Source: a virus
Taxonomy: Duplodnaviria > Caudoviricetes
Direction: 5' to 3' (one strand)
Length of the DNA stretch: 64,000 bases
Virus record (IMG/VR): IMGVR_UViG_3300028591_000174
Coordinates: 13,550 to 77,549 of that record
The number at the start of each line of letters is the position of its first letter. Positions within the stretch are counted from its first letter, which is position 1. A model generated the notes under the pieces. That model had not been told where the DNA came from. It saw nothing but the letters and a program-made list of their open reading frames with translations, and made no database searches. Made by a program: the position numbers and the translations under genes. This document shows positions 28,432 through 38,491 of the stretch, one piece after another.

Positions 28432-28859
28432 CAGATACCTATATTTACGATAAAGTCCTTCAGCGTTTCAAAGAAGTAATAGACGAGTTCAATAACAAAC
28501 ATGGTTACAATTGTGTTGTATTTGAACCAAACGATACAGATACAAGACCACAGAATGAACTGTGGTTTGAAATATTTCAGTTGCATAGTCAGCCGTTTCA
28601 GCAGGAGCTTGGCCGTGCTGGTCGCAACAGATGGACCTTCGGACTTCAGATTAACATCAATGGTTCAAGGTCTGCTATAAGTGGCACTAATGCTTACGAT
28701 GAGGCTTACGATTATATCGCAGCACATTTCAAGCGTGGTGATATTTTTGACGGAATAAGAGTTCTTAAGACTGCATATCGTTCTTCCGCACGAATACAGG
28801 ATGACTATTATTCTGTACCTGTGACCGTAATGGTTCAGGCAGATTTACCTAACAATTGA
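28428..28859 (+). CDS. Tail terminator-like protein
   Basis: Position before the tail tube gene; G.LQINI and HFKRG pattern. Confidence 0.65.
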   Translation: MTDTYIYDKVLQRFKEVIDEFNNKHGYNCVVFEPNDTDTRPQNELWFEIFQLHSQPFQQELGRAGRNRWTFGLQININGSRSAISGTNAYDEAYDYIAAHFKRGDIFDGIRVLKTAYRSSARIQDDYYSVPVTVMVQADLPNN

Positions 28860-28860
28860 G

Positions 28861-30570
28861 GTGAATGAAATGATAGATAAATCAGAAATCATGCACAATA
28901 TAAAAGTCGGTTCTGATACAGACATCTACCTTGCCCGAATTAATACCGATAAAGAATCGGCTAATTTTACCAAGGTAAAGACTAAAGACGGTATCTTTGC
29001 TTTCCCATATCTTACTCGAACAACCGGCAACAGTCTTAAACCGACAACTGAATACATCCAGTCAAACGAACTGAGAAAAGGTGGAGCCGAATCTGCACCA
29101 AGACCTGGCAATACCTCTGTTGAAGGAAGTATTGACGTAGAACTTTCTCCAGATACTTTCGATGACAACCTCTGTTCTGTTTTTGACAGCGAGTGGAAAC
29201 CTTGGAAGTCAGACGCTGACTCTGCAAGTAACCTCGATAAAGTTCCTTGTTCTGATGGTAACTTCCTTACAAGAGCAAATAAACTCAAAGACCCTCAAGA
29301 CCCTACAAAGGGTTATGACGAAGACTCTTACAACACAAGCGAAACATTCGGTCAGCGTAAACTTCTCAGCACTGCTGATGGTGACGGTGGTCTTATCATT
29401 GTTCCTGCAGGAAGCGTTGTAAACGAAATGACATTCAGCAAGAAAAAGATTGAGTATCTTATCGCCAAGAAATACGGCGGAGTTGAAAATGAGGATATGT
29501 ATCATATCTTCAAGAGACTCGCAATCGGTACTCTTGATTTGAACGCTGAAATCGGTGCAATTGTAACAGGTTCATTCGGCTTCATGGGTGACTCAAGCTC
29601 ACCAATCATGGATACTGCTGAAACAAAAACCTATATGGGCGGTTCTTCAACAGACAAGTTTGAAGATGGTGTAACAACTGGTAACTCATTCGTTGCAAAT
29701 CTCCCAAGTAAAGCAACTGATACAGACCAGTTCACATCTCGTGAGGGTGACCTCTGGATTAACGGAAAGAACATTACTTTCGCTCAGTCTCTTTCAATGA
29801 ACATTGATAAGAACCTTGAAAAGAAGTATGCACTTTTCGTAAAGAATCCTATTTCAAAGACATCTTTGAGAAAGGCTATCACACTTAATATCAATACATA
29901 CCTTGTTCCTGATGCAAAGACACTTTACAACCTTGCTAACGACAACAAGACTTTTGAAGTTCTCTTCGCATTTGAAGATAAAGGTTACATGAACGACCTT
30001 GCTACTGATGACCAGAAACCTGAGTACATCTACCTCGTTCAGATTTTCAACTCTAAGGCTGAAGACAGAGATTTGTCTGCTTCCGGCGAAGGCGATTACA
30101 ATATGTCAATTCCTCTCCGTTCATTCGGTGAGAGACTTTGCCGTATCTTCAAGATTGCTCTTCCAAAATTCAACACTGCAAAGGCTGTTGTTTCTAACAG
30201 CGAATACAATGTTGTATACACACCAAACATCCTTCTCAGTCAGGGCGAACTTACTGCTTATGATGCTTCTACAGCACCTAACGGTATCAAACTCACAAAG
30301 AAGGTAGACGGTGGTTCTGCTACTGATGTAACTGTTGTACTCGGTTACGAAGTAAGTGACGGAGCTGGCGGTACAAAGATTGTAGACGCAAGCGGTTCAA
30401 CAATTGACAATGCAAATGTAATCCTTGACCTTGTTGAAGAAGCAGATGCAACTGATACTTACGGTCAGGTTTATGTAAAGACAGAACTTACAGCTTCAGA
30501 CACTGGAAGTTATGAATACACATTGAGCTGGAACGGAAAGGATTGTACATGTAACTTCACCATTGCGTAA
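28861..30570 (+). CDS. Major tail tube protein with C-terminal extension
   Basis: R.TG.SL......QSNELR, VEGSIDVELS, IVTGSFGFMG; followed by a terminator and tail chaperones. Confidence 0.75.
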   Translation: MNEMIDKSEIMHNIKVGSDTDIYLARINTDKESANFTKVKTKDGIFAFPYLTRTTGNSLKPTTEYIQSNELRKGGAESAPRPGNTSVEGSIDVELSPDTFDDNLCSVFDSEWKPWKSDADSASNLDKVPCSDGNFLTRANKLKDPQDPTKGYDEDSYNTSETFGQRKLLSTADGDGGLIIVPAGSVVNEMTFSKKKIEYLIAKKYGGVENEDMYHIFKRLAIGTLDLNAEIGAIVTGSFGFMGDSSSPIMDTAETKTYMGGSSTDKFEDGVTTGNSFVANLPSKATDTDQFTSREGDLWINGKNITFAQSLSMNIDKNLEKKYALFVKNPISKTSLRKAITLNINTYLVPDAKTLYNLANDNKTFEVLFAFEDKGYMNDLATDDQKPEYIYLVQIFNSKAEDRDLSASGEGDYNMSIPLRSFGERLCRIFKIALPKFNTAKAVVSNSEYNVVYTPNILLSQGELTAYDASTAPNGIKLTKKVDGGSATDVTVVLGYEVSDGAGGTKIVDASGSTIDNANVILDLVEEADATDTYGQVYVKTELTASDTGSYEYTLSWNGKDCTCNFTIA

Positions 30571-30601
30571 GTTTAAGGTATCAATTTTTTCAATCTAATA
30601 T

Positions 30602-30637
30602 ATATCCGAGTTTCGTATGAGGCTCGGATATTTTTTT
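30602..30637 (+). terminator. Intrinsic terminator after the tail tube gene
   Basis: ATATCCGAG / CTCGGATAT stem plus T-run. Confidence 0.7.
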
Positions 30638-30654
30638 AGGAGATAAAAACAAAC

Positions 30655-31080
30655 ATGGAGAAAACTCAGATTAACGTTGAGGATTTCTACACAGAGGAAA
30701 ACGAAGATAAAGGCAGATGGATGCAGCCTGTTATCAAAGGTAAACCTTGTGGAATTGAATTCCTTGTTACTGGTATGGGTAAGGATGAAAATCTTGTAAG
30801 TCAGGAACGTTATGAAAAAGAAATGGCCAAACTTGAAGAACTCAAGGACCCGGTTGAAAAAGTAAAAAGACAGAAGAAACTTGATGCAAAACATATTGCA
30901 AGTTTTGTTCATGGAGTCCGTGCTGCAGAAGGTTGTGAAGCAACGATTGGCGGAAAACCTATTGAATATTCAGTTCCTTTTATCGAGGAGTTCTTGTTCA
31001 ATGCACCGCTTATCAAGATTCAGATTGCTAAGTTCGCAAGGGAAACCACAAATTTTACCGGAAGGGAGAAGAACGCCTAA
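30655..31080 (+). CDS. Tail assembly chaperone (gpG analogue)
   Basis: Between tail tube and tape measure genes; slippery site near the 3' end. Confidence 0.8.
   Translation: MEKTQINVEDFYTEENEDKGRWMQPVIKGKPCGIEFLVTGMGKDENLVSQERYEKEMAKLEELKDPVEKVKRQKKLDAKHIASFVHGVRAAEGCEATIGGKPIEYSVPFIEEFLFNAPLIKIQIAKFARETTNFTGREKNA
31050..31056 (+). other. Programmed -1 ribosomal frameshift site A-AAT-TTT giving a G-T fusion that ends at 31523
   Basis: X-XXY-YYZ heptamer in frame. The -1 frame is open from here through the track ORF 31260-31523 (YRKGEERLKEAVERYFF...MGEQAERY). Confidence 0.8.
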
Positions 31081-31526
31081 AAGAAGCAGTTGAGCGTTAT
31101 TTCTTCCTTAATCATTACCACCCGGTTAAACAGAAAGTCGTAAAGAACGGAAAGGAGACTACTGAAACCAAGTGGGTAAGAAACGTTGATGAAAGAGAAC
31201 AGATTATCGAACGGAGAGGCGGCGGAGACCGTAAGCTCGGTGAGAAGAAGTTCTTTGAAATGGGTGAACAGGCAGAGAGATACAAAAAAATGAGGGATAT
31301 CCCTCCTCCACCCGAATACGAATGGATATTCAGACAGTTCCTGAATATATGGCAGGGCTGTGAATATGATATGGCTGGGAATGCCATTTTTACTTTCAGA
31401 ACAATCAATGAGTACGTTGAATGTATGAAAGTACCGCTGACAGTAGAGGATAAAAAATGTCTTCTGAAAATGAAAGCGTGGGCCATGAACACCATATCGG
31501 AAATGAAAGACAAAGAGGAGTAATAA

Positions 31527-31940
31527 ATGAAAACAATCAAAATTGAAAATTTTTTTACAGATGTAAACGAACGTGAAGGTGTATGGTACGAGCCTTTTGG
31601 AGAGAAGAAATGGAATCTCCAGCTTCTTCTTATCGGCATTCACTCTGAAGAGGCTGAAAAACTTATGAATGAGTATGACGAAAAGTCAGACAAGATTCGT
31701 GATGATGCCAAACTCAGCAATGAAGAAAAGGATAAGAAACTTGAAGAACTTGACGCTGAAAGAGTTGCTTCACTCTGTAAAGGAATCAGATCAGTAGACG
31801 GTTCTGAAGTTACATACAACGGAAAACCAGTTGAGAGCGTATTTGAAGTTGCGAAAGAACTTTTCTTGAACAGCACTCCTCTCAAACTGGATTGTGCAGA
31901 CTTCATTGTTAACAGTGCCAACTTTGTAAAAGAAGATTAA
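31527..31940 (+). CDS. Second tail assembly chaperone paralogue
   Basis: MKTIKIENFFTDVNEREGVWYEP vs MEKTQINVEDFYTEENEDKGRWMQP; shared GIRSVDG/GVRAAEG and LFLNS.PL/FLFNA.PL blocks. Confidence 0.7.
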   Translation: MKTIKIENFFTDVNEREGVWYEPFGEKKWNLQLLLIGIHSEEAEKLMNEYDEKSDKIRDDAKLSNEEKDKKLEELDAERVASLCKGIRSVDGSEVTYNGKPVESVFEVAKELFLNSTPLKLDCADFIVNSANFVKED

Positions 31941-31957
31941 TCCTTCTTGCAATTATC

Positions 31958-31989
31958 AGACTGTGCTGAAAATTGCACAGTCTTTTTTT
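31958..31989 (+). terminator. Intrinsic terminator before the tape measure gene
   Basis: AGACTGTGC / GCACAGTCT stem plus T-run. Confidence 0.7.
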
Positions 31990-32013
31990 ATACATTTTTT
32001 GTGAGGTGAAATC

Positions 32014-35000
32014 ATGGAAGTTAGTGTAGTAGAACAGGAATTAAGGGTAAAAGCTGAACAGGCAATAAAAGAGATGAATAAGCTCACGGCTTCTGCACAG
32101 GGTTATGCTGCACAGCTTGCAAATATTTCAAATTACCTCGACCAGATTAATAAAAAGTCTTTATCAAACATCAATAAACAGATTAATAATGTTACTCACA
32201 GTAACAACATTGCGAACCAGAACATTGGCACCAATTATGACTTCGGCAATCACAGAAAAGCAGCAAAGAGTAGTACCGGGGCTGTAATGGTTTCTGATAC
32301 TGGCCGAGAGAAGGTATTCCGCGATTATGAACAGGCAATTATTGACGAAACGATTGCAATCAGAAAGGACATTGAAAGACGTACAAAACTTAGAAAACAG
32401 AGAGCTGACGCAGAACTTGTAAGAAATCAGAATACATCCGCCGCCATTGCAAAACGAGAGGATAAATCTTCACAGGCATATTCTGACAGGCAGGATATGT
32501 TAGCACAGGCTCAATTACTTAGAGCTAGAGCGGCTCAGCAAGGTGCATTAAATCGAAACTGGAAATATCAAGCAGGCCGTGGGCTTCAAAATTTAGGTGG
32601 TATAGTCGGTGGAATCGGCACTGGCGGAAGAATGGTTGGGCTTGGGCTTGATACTGCCGGTGCAATGCTTAAGGCTCCTGCTCTTGGTGCTACGGCTGCA
32701 ATTACGAATCTTGCGAAAGGAATATCTGATTTAAGTAAAGAAGCAGTAAAATCTTTTGCAGAAATAGAATCTATTAAAACTCAGTTAGGAGTTGTTTTCT
32801 CAAACCAGACACAAGCTGATTCAGTATTTGGAGATATTTCTCAGTACGCAGTTAAATCTCCATTCGGTGTACAGCAGACTTCTGAACTTGCCGTTCTTTT
32901 GAAACAGTCTGGTGTTTACGCTTCTGACTTGATGAACACTCTCAAAATGATTGGAGATACCGCTGGCGGTAACATGGAGAAGATGAAGCGTATTGCAAAT
33001 AACTACGCTCAGATTGTTTCCATTGGTAAAGCCTCTATGCTTGATATGCGTCAGTTCGCTTATGCAGGTATTCCTATTTTTGAAGCAGTATCAAAAGAGC
33101 TTGGTGTATCTCAGCAGGAACTCCGTAAACTTATATCTGATGGTAAGGTAACTTCTGATATTATTGAAAAGGTATTCAAAGACCTTACAGGTATCAACGG
33201 TATCTTTGAAAACGCAACTGAAAAAGGTGCAAAGACATTAAAAGCTCGTTTACAGAACTTGCAGGATGCTAAACAATTAGCATTTTCAGAAGGTGGCCAG
33301 TTACTGACAAATTTTGGAGCCAAAACAGGAAATGATTCTTTTGCAAATAAGTTTGTCACATGGGCTGAAAATTTCTATCAGTATGTAAAGGATAATATCA
33401 ACACTAAAAACATACAGACAGATGTTGCAATAATTGCAAGAAGAAATGACAGAATAGAAACTCTTAAACAGTTAATAAAAGAAACTGATAAAAAAGAACT
33501 TAAGGAAACTTACAGACGAGAACTTGAACAGGAACTTAAAAAAATTGACTTAGATGCAGAGCGTAATAAATATGCTTTGTCTTATGATTCAAAAATGGGA
33601 AGGCTTGAAAAAGCATACGAAGCTCTCTCTGGTTATTCTGTAAACGACCCTACTTTAAGACTTGCTGCATTAAACCTGCTTTCTGGTCCACAGCAAGGAA
33701 GAAGTTATGCAAGTCTTAATCAATACTCAGAAGAGTATAAAGGGATGTCTCAATCTGAATTGGAGCAATTATCAAGTTTATTCAAAGAGCTTGTAGATGC
33801 CATCAATGCTAACTCAACTTTAACAAATGAAGATATAAAGGCAAATAGAGAAAGGAATCTTATTGCTGAGCAGCAATTGGCATTTGATCAAGAAAACAAA
33901 AGGGCTGACCAGACTAATTCTCTTAACTCTAAGTTCCAAGAACTTTATGAACTCTATAAGGGAAGTGATGAATATCAGAAAAAGGAAGAAGATAAAAAAA
34001 TAAAATCTCTTACCGAAGCAAAAGAAGTTCTTAAACAACTTGTGCCAAAAGCAGATGAGAATGGTCTTGTAGACATGAGTAAATTCTCAATGCTAGAGTT
34101 CCAGAAATATGATGCTCAAGGTGCTTTTGTTCCAGGTGGAAAATTTGATGTAGTCAGAGGTAATAACCCAACTAATAAAGAGGATATGGCCGCACTTAGA
34201 AGTCAGTTTACCTATGCAATGAGTGAGGCTTCTAAATATCTTAATCTTTATGATTCAAGAACTTCAACAGCACTTACTGAACAGTTAAAAGACCTTAATA
34301 GTAATCTTGATGATAATGCATACCTCGACAAATTTAGTGAAACATTTAATGCTGTAAGAGACATAATGAATGTAGCTAAAGTTCCTGGTAATGTAAGAAA
34401 TCAGATTTTAGGTTGGATTACATCGGCCACCATGTCTCACGAAGTAACAGTTGGTGGTGAAAATGCAAATCCAAACGATGTTACAAAAGGTCCTAAGTTT
34501 GTGCCTCTTTGGGAACGTATCCTTTCAGGAGCAACAGGTCTTACAACCAACGGTATGACAGACACATTGTCTACTATGGCTAATTACCGTGATGATATGG
34601 CTGTTCGCAATATGACTTCTGGTGTTCTTACTGCAACTATGAAGTCTATGGGTATTGATAAGGCAATGAGTCTTATGCGTACCAAGAGTGCTGTCCAGCT
34701 TGCAGGTGACAGCGGTAAGACTTTCCAGATTGACTGGCAGGCTACAAAAAAGGCAATTAAAGATTTCTCTACTCAATTGTCTGCTTCTACAGAAGTTATC
34801 ACTGCATATAAGAAAGGTCTTGAAGATGAACTTAATACTTATGAACAGTTGGTTGCCGCCGGATATACACAGGCTGAATCAACAGATTTAGGCTCTCAAA
34901 AATTCGTAAGCACAAAGAAACTTGAGCAACTTGCTTTAGGTAACTCTTCTCAGTTAGTTAATGCATTTGGCGAAGTAATTAAAACTAAGTCTGGAAAGAC

Positions 35001-36744
35001 ATATAAAACTTCTGAAATTACTTTTGATGAAAATGGCAGAATGTTGGATTCTCTTGGTAATGAAATTGCAGAAGAAGTAGAAATTACAGGTAATCTCTTT
35101 GAGTTTATTAAAGGTGAATTGCCACGCTTGAGAAAAGAGTATCACGAAGCAACTGTATCTGAAATTAATAATAAGTTCTTAAATAAGATGCTTTCTCAGG
35201 TAAGCGGAACAAGCATTCTTGCTGGAATGATTTCAAAAGAAGGAATTTCTGATGCAACTAACTTCGTTGCCAACAATCCAGATTATGCAGAAGCGATTCT
35301 TCGTTCATCTCTTGTAGAGAAAAAGGGTAAATTTAGTTCATTAAAAGAACTTTCTATTGAGGATATCCTTTCTAATTATTCATCGCGAGATTTAAGACTC
35401 AAACTAGCAGAGGCTAAAGGAGATAAAGCTGAAGAAGGTAGAATAAAAGATTCTATAAAACTTGTCGAAGATTCACTTAGCGATTTAGGCATTATTATTC
35501 AAACATTCATCGAATCTCCTGTATTCCAAGGGCTGAGAACTGGCATGGCAAATCAAAACCGTGACAATGCAGTTATGTCTGCTTATATTTCAGCCAAACA
35601 ATATGCTTCACACGGCTTAGCTAATCCTGATGAAACTCAGCCAAGATATTACGAAGGTGAACGAGGGAAGCGTAATAGGCTATTCGAATTATTTACTGGA
35701 ACTGAATTAAAATATGACCGCGAAGATTATATTGCTCAGGCTGTAAAAGACCCAGAATTCAGAAAGAAAATTAATGCACAAAGGCGAGAGGCAAGTATTG
35801 AGGACAGACGAGCTGCACTTGCTCGTGGTGATGAGAATTATGGCATAGAACTTCTTCCAGAAGATAATGAAAGTATTCTCAAGATGACTAATGAAGAACT
35901 TGCTAAGATGCTTACCACGAGCGAACAGATTGCAGTTACTTGGGAAAAATCATCTGGAGAATTAGCAGAAGGATTCCAAAATATTGGTAAACAAGGAAGT
36001 GAAATATTTAGAAGTTTTGCTTCTTCTGCAATTACTTCAACATTTGAAACTTGGGGTAAATACCTTGGTGACAGTTCAAAGGCATCTGAAGAGATTGAAA
36101 AGAATCTTGTAAACCTTAGTTCTGGCTTGATGAAGAACATGGGTTCAATGCTTACACAGGCTGGTCTTTCCCTTGCAATTTCAAGTATTGGTGATAAAAA
36201 GAAAGTTATAGCAGGTCTTGCAATTGCTGCCGCAGGTGGCGGATTGTCATTCCTTGGTGGTATGCTTGATCAAGATAACGATGATAACAAAGAGGATGAT
36301 ACATATCAGAAGTTACTCAAAGTAAAACAAGACCTTGCAGACCTTCTCAAACAGGCTCGTGAAGATGCTATTTACTACGAGAACACTGTAAGACATAAGA
36401 AAGCCATTTCTGCCAATGACTATCTTACTAAGAGTGTTCACGATGCTATTATTACACCTCGTGGAGATGTAGTTACTACTGACCCTAAAGATTATCTTAT
36501 TGCTACAAAGACTCCAAGAACTCTTGTGGGTGGCGGTGCTCCTACTATCAACTTTAATGTAATAGATAAGTCTACAGGTATCAAAGTAACTCAGCAGAAA
36601 TCTACTTACAATGAAGAGACAAATTCAATCGACTTTGAAGCAGTTATCGAAAGCAAGGTACAGGAAGTTATCGCTACTTCTAAAGGTGATGAGGCATTTG
36701 CAGCAAGACAGGCAAGATTAAACGGAAGAACAGTAGTCGCATAA
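32014..36744 (+). CDS. Tape measure protein (1576 aa)
   Basis: Long helical ORF with tape-measure motif AVKSPFGVQQ..IGDTAGG..QIVSIGKA..LDMRQFA.AGIPIFE. Confidence 0.92.
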   Translation: MEVSVVEQELRVKAEQAIKEMNKLTASAQGYAAQLANISNYLDQINKKSLSNINKQINNVTHSNNIANQNIGTNYDFGNHRKAAKSSTGAVMVSDTGREKVFRDYEQAIIDETIAIRKDIERRTKLRKQRADAELVRNQNTSAAIAKREDKSSQAYSDRQDMLAQAQLLRARAAQQGALNRNWKYQAGRGLQNLGGIVGGIGTGGRMVGLGLDTAGAMLKAPALGATAAITNLAKGISDLSKEAVKSFAEIESIKTQLGVVFSNQTQADSVFGDISQYAVKSPFGVQQTSELAVLLKQSGVYASDLMNTLKMIGDTAGGNMEKMKRIANNYAQIVSIGKASMLDMRQFAYAGIPIFEAVSKELGVSQQELRKLISDGKVTSDIIEKVFKDLTGINGIFENATEKGAKTLKARLQNLQDAKQLAFSEGGQLLTNFGAKTGNDSFANKFVTWAENFYQYVKDNINTKNIQTDVAIIARRNDRIETLKQLIKETDKKELKETYRRELEQELKKIDLDAERNKYALSYDSKMGRLEKAYEALSGYSVNDPTLRLAALNLLSGPQQGRSYASLNQYSEEYKGMSQSELEQLSSLFKELVDAINANSTLTNEDIKANRERNLIAEQQLAFDQENKRADQTNSLNSKFQELYELYKGSDEYQKKEEDKKIKSLTEAKEVLKQLVPKADENGLVDMSKFSMLEFQKYDAQGAFVPGGKFDVVRGNNPTNKEDMAALRSQFTYAMSEASKYLNLYDSRTSTALTEQLKDLNSNLDDNAYLDKFSETFNAVRDIMNVAKVPGNVRNQILGWITSATMSHEVTVGGENANPNDVTKGPKFVPLWERILSGATGLTTNGMTDTLSTMANYRDDMAVRNMTSGVLTATMKSMGIDKAMSLMRTKSAVQLAGDSGKTFQIDWQATKKAIKDFSTQLSASTEVITAYKKGLEDELNTYEQLVAAGYTQAESTDLGSQKFVSTKKLEQLALGNSSQLVNAFGEVIKTKSGKTYKTSEITFDENGRMLDSLGNEIAEEVEITGNLFEFIKGELPRLRKEYHEATVSEINNKFLNKMLSQVSGTSILAGMISKEGISDATNFVANNPDYAEAILRSSLVEKKGKFSSLKELSIEDILSNYSSRDLRLKLAEAKGDKAEEGRIKDSIKLVEDSLSDLGIIIQTFIESPVFQGLRTGMANQNRDNAVMSAYISAKQYASHGLANPDETQPRYYEGERGKRNRLFELFTGTELKYDREDYIAQAVKDPEFRKKINAQRREASIEDRRAALARGDENYGIELLPEDNESILKMTNEELAKMLTTSEQIAVTWEKSSGELAEGFQNIGKQGSEIFRSFASSAITSTFETWGKYLGDSSKASEEIEKNLVNLSSGLMKNMGSMLTQAGLSLAISSIGDKKKVIAGLAIAAAGGGLSFLGGMLDQDNDDNKEDDTYQKLLKVKQDLADLLKQAREDAIYYENTVRHKKAISANDYLTKSVHDAIITPRGDVVTTDPKDYLIATKTPRTLVGGGAPTINFNVIDKSTGIKVTQQKSTYNEETNSIDFEAVIESKVQEVIATSKGDEAFAARQARLNGRTVVA

Positions 36745-36780
36745 ATTAAGCTCTGTTTTTTCTACGGCTAATATACTTAT

Positions 36781-37554
36781 ATGTATATTGGCTGGCCTAC
36801 TAATGTAAATAAGATTGTCCTCGACTCTACAAACGTCACAGTTGGCGAAGGTGCAACTGTACAGGATAATCTTGAGTCTGGTGGAGAAAAGAAGTCTCGT
36901 CTTGTAAATGCGAATCCGGCAGACAAATTTAATGTTACTATGGAGTTCTCTTTTGAAGAAGATTCAAAAGATGAAAATAATTATACAGAGTTAGACCGCT
37001 TTTGGATTTGGTACAAATATCGTCATTGTTATGGCACTAACCCATTCAAATTTCCTGCAATTTTGATTAATTCAAATCATCAGGAAGGAAACTCTGTAGA
37101 AAGCAGAGAGCACGCCGCTAATGCTTACAACAATCAGCAACAGCCTGTTATTCCTCTTACAGAAGCAGATATCCCAGATACAGAATATTACAAAATAACC
37201 TCAGCAGCAAACGCTGATAAAAGCGGTCATTGTATGCGGGTTTCTATGACTTGGGAAACTGCGGCAACAGGTCCATATACAATTCCAGATGACATTTCTG
37301 AAATTAATAGAATTGAAGCCCACAATGGATATGTTGACGTTTATCTTACTTCTACTCCAGATACAGAACCAAGTGAAAATACATGGACAGTTTACTTTAA
37401 GAAAGGAAATCTGGATCCAGAGGTTCTTACAATTAACAACGTTGTTTTTGATGGTGATACAATTGCTCGTCTTTATTTCACCCCAGAAACTGAAGCTGGA
37501 ACTTATACAGTTACTATTGGAGAAGAAACTTCTCAGTTTGTTATTGAGGTGTAA
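36781..37554 (+). CDS. Distal tail / minor tail protein
   Basis: First gene after the tape measure; IGWP, G..K.R, G.NPF.FP motifs. Confidence 0.65.
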   Translation: MYIGWPTNVNKIVLDSTNVTVGEGATVQDNLESGGEKKSRLVNANPADKFNVTMEFSFEEDSKDENNYTELDRFWIWYKYRHCYGTNPFKFPAILINSNHQEGNSVESREHAANAYNNQQQPVIPLTEADIPDTEYYKITSAANADKSGHCMRVSMTWETAATGPYTIPDDISEINRIEAHNGYVDVYLTSTPDTEPSENTWTVYFKKGNLDPEVLTINNVVFDGDTIARLYFTPETEAGTYTVTIGEETSQFVIEV

Positions 37555-37557
37555 AAA

Positions 37558-38103
37558 ATGAAAAACATAAATGCAGTTGCACTTGAAGAGATTTGGAAGA
37601 AAGATACTGACGGCCACATTCCTGTTCTTATGGAAATATTCAATCCAGATATTAAATGGGAAGATGGTTCTCTTGAACAGGAGAATATGTATCTGAGAGT
37701 AATTGATGACTCGAATCCTGTTATTTATAAGGGTAAAAAATACCTCGCCTGTAAGTTTAATTACACACCGCCAGAAGAAGACGGTAAGTCTATTGGACAG
37801 GCTTCGATTACTCTTTCTGCAATTGATTCTCGTGTTGTCCAGTTGCTTCGCTCAGTGGAAGTTGAATGTGAAATTTCAGTTGTTGCTGCATTTGCGAAAT
37901 CTGTAACAGTTCTTGAAGATGAAACAGAAAGAACGACATACAAGTTTTATCCTCTTGATGAACTTAAAGGTAACTTGCAGTCGGCAAGTTATAACAGAGT
38001 CACTGCACAGTTAAATCTTTCTTCTAAGAATGTACTTCAACTCAATGTACCTCGTGCAATTGCTACAAAGGATAAACTTCCTTCGGTGAATATGAATGGC
38101 TGA
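37558..38103 (+). CDS. Minor tail protein (lambda gpL/DUF1833-like position)
   Basis: Position; Y.GK.Y.A..F....P and SAID motifs. Confidence 0.6.
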   Translation: MKNINAVALEEIWKKDTDGHIPVLMEIFNPDIKWEDGSLEQENMYLRVIDDSNPVIYKGKKYLACKFNYTPPEEDGKSIGQASITLSAIDSRVVQLLRSVEVECEISVVAAFAKSVTVLEDETERTTYKFYPLDELKGNLQSASYNRVTAQLNLSSKNVLQLNVPRAIATKDKLPSVNMNG

Positions 38104-38491
38104 TTTATATGTAAATGATTTGATCGGAGTACGTTTCAAAAATCATGGCCGTTCGATTAATGAAGGCTTTGATTGTTATGGACTTGCGATTGAAGTTTCA
38201 AAAAGGCTTGGACATACGCTTCCTGATTTATGGTATCAAAGAGCGTGTCCAGAAACATTCTCAACCCACGTTGATGATGTTTATAACCAGATGAGTTCTA
38301 TGGTTGAAGAAACTGAAGAACAGAATCTTGGAAACCTGATTTTATTTGGTGATGACAAAGGAAGAATGGTTCATATAGGAGTCATTCTTGAAGAAGGTGT
38401 ATTTATTCATGCTGATAATGGTGGTGTAAGGGTAACTGCACTTGATAATTATTACAGAAAAATATGGAAGGTGTACAAATGGCTACAGTAA
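38096..38491 (+). CDS. NlpC/P60 tail-associated peptidase (gpK-like)
   Basis: GFDCYGL catalytic Cys motif and HIGV...G.FIHA. Confidence 0.88.
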   Translation: MADLYVNDLIGVRFKNHGRSINEGFDCYGLAIEVSKRLGHTLPDLWYQRACPETFSTHVDDVYNQMSSMVEETEEQNLGNLILFGDDKGRMVHIGVILEEGVFIHADNGGVRVTALDNYYRKIWKVYKWLQ

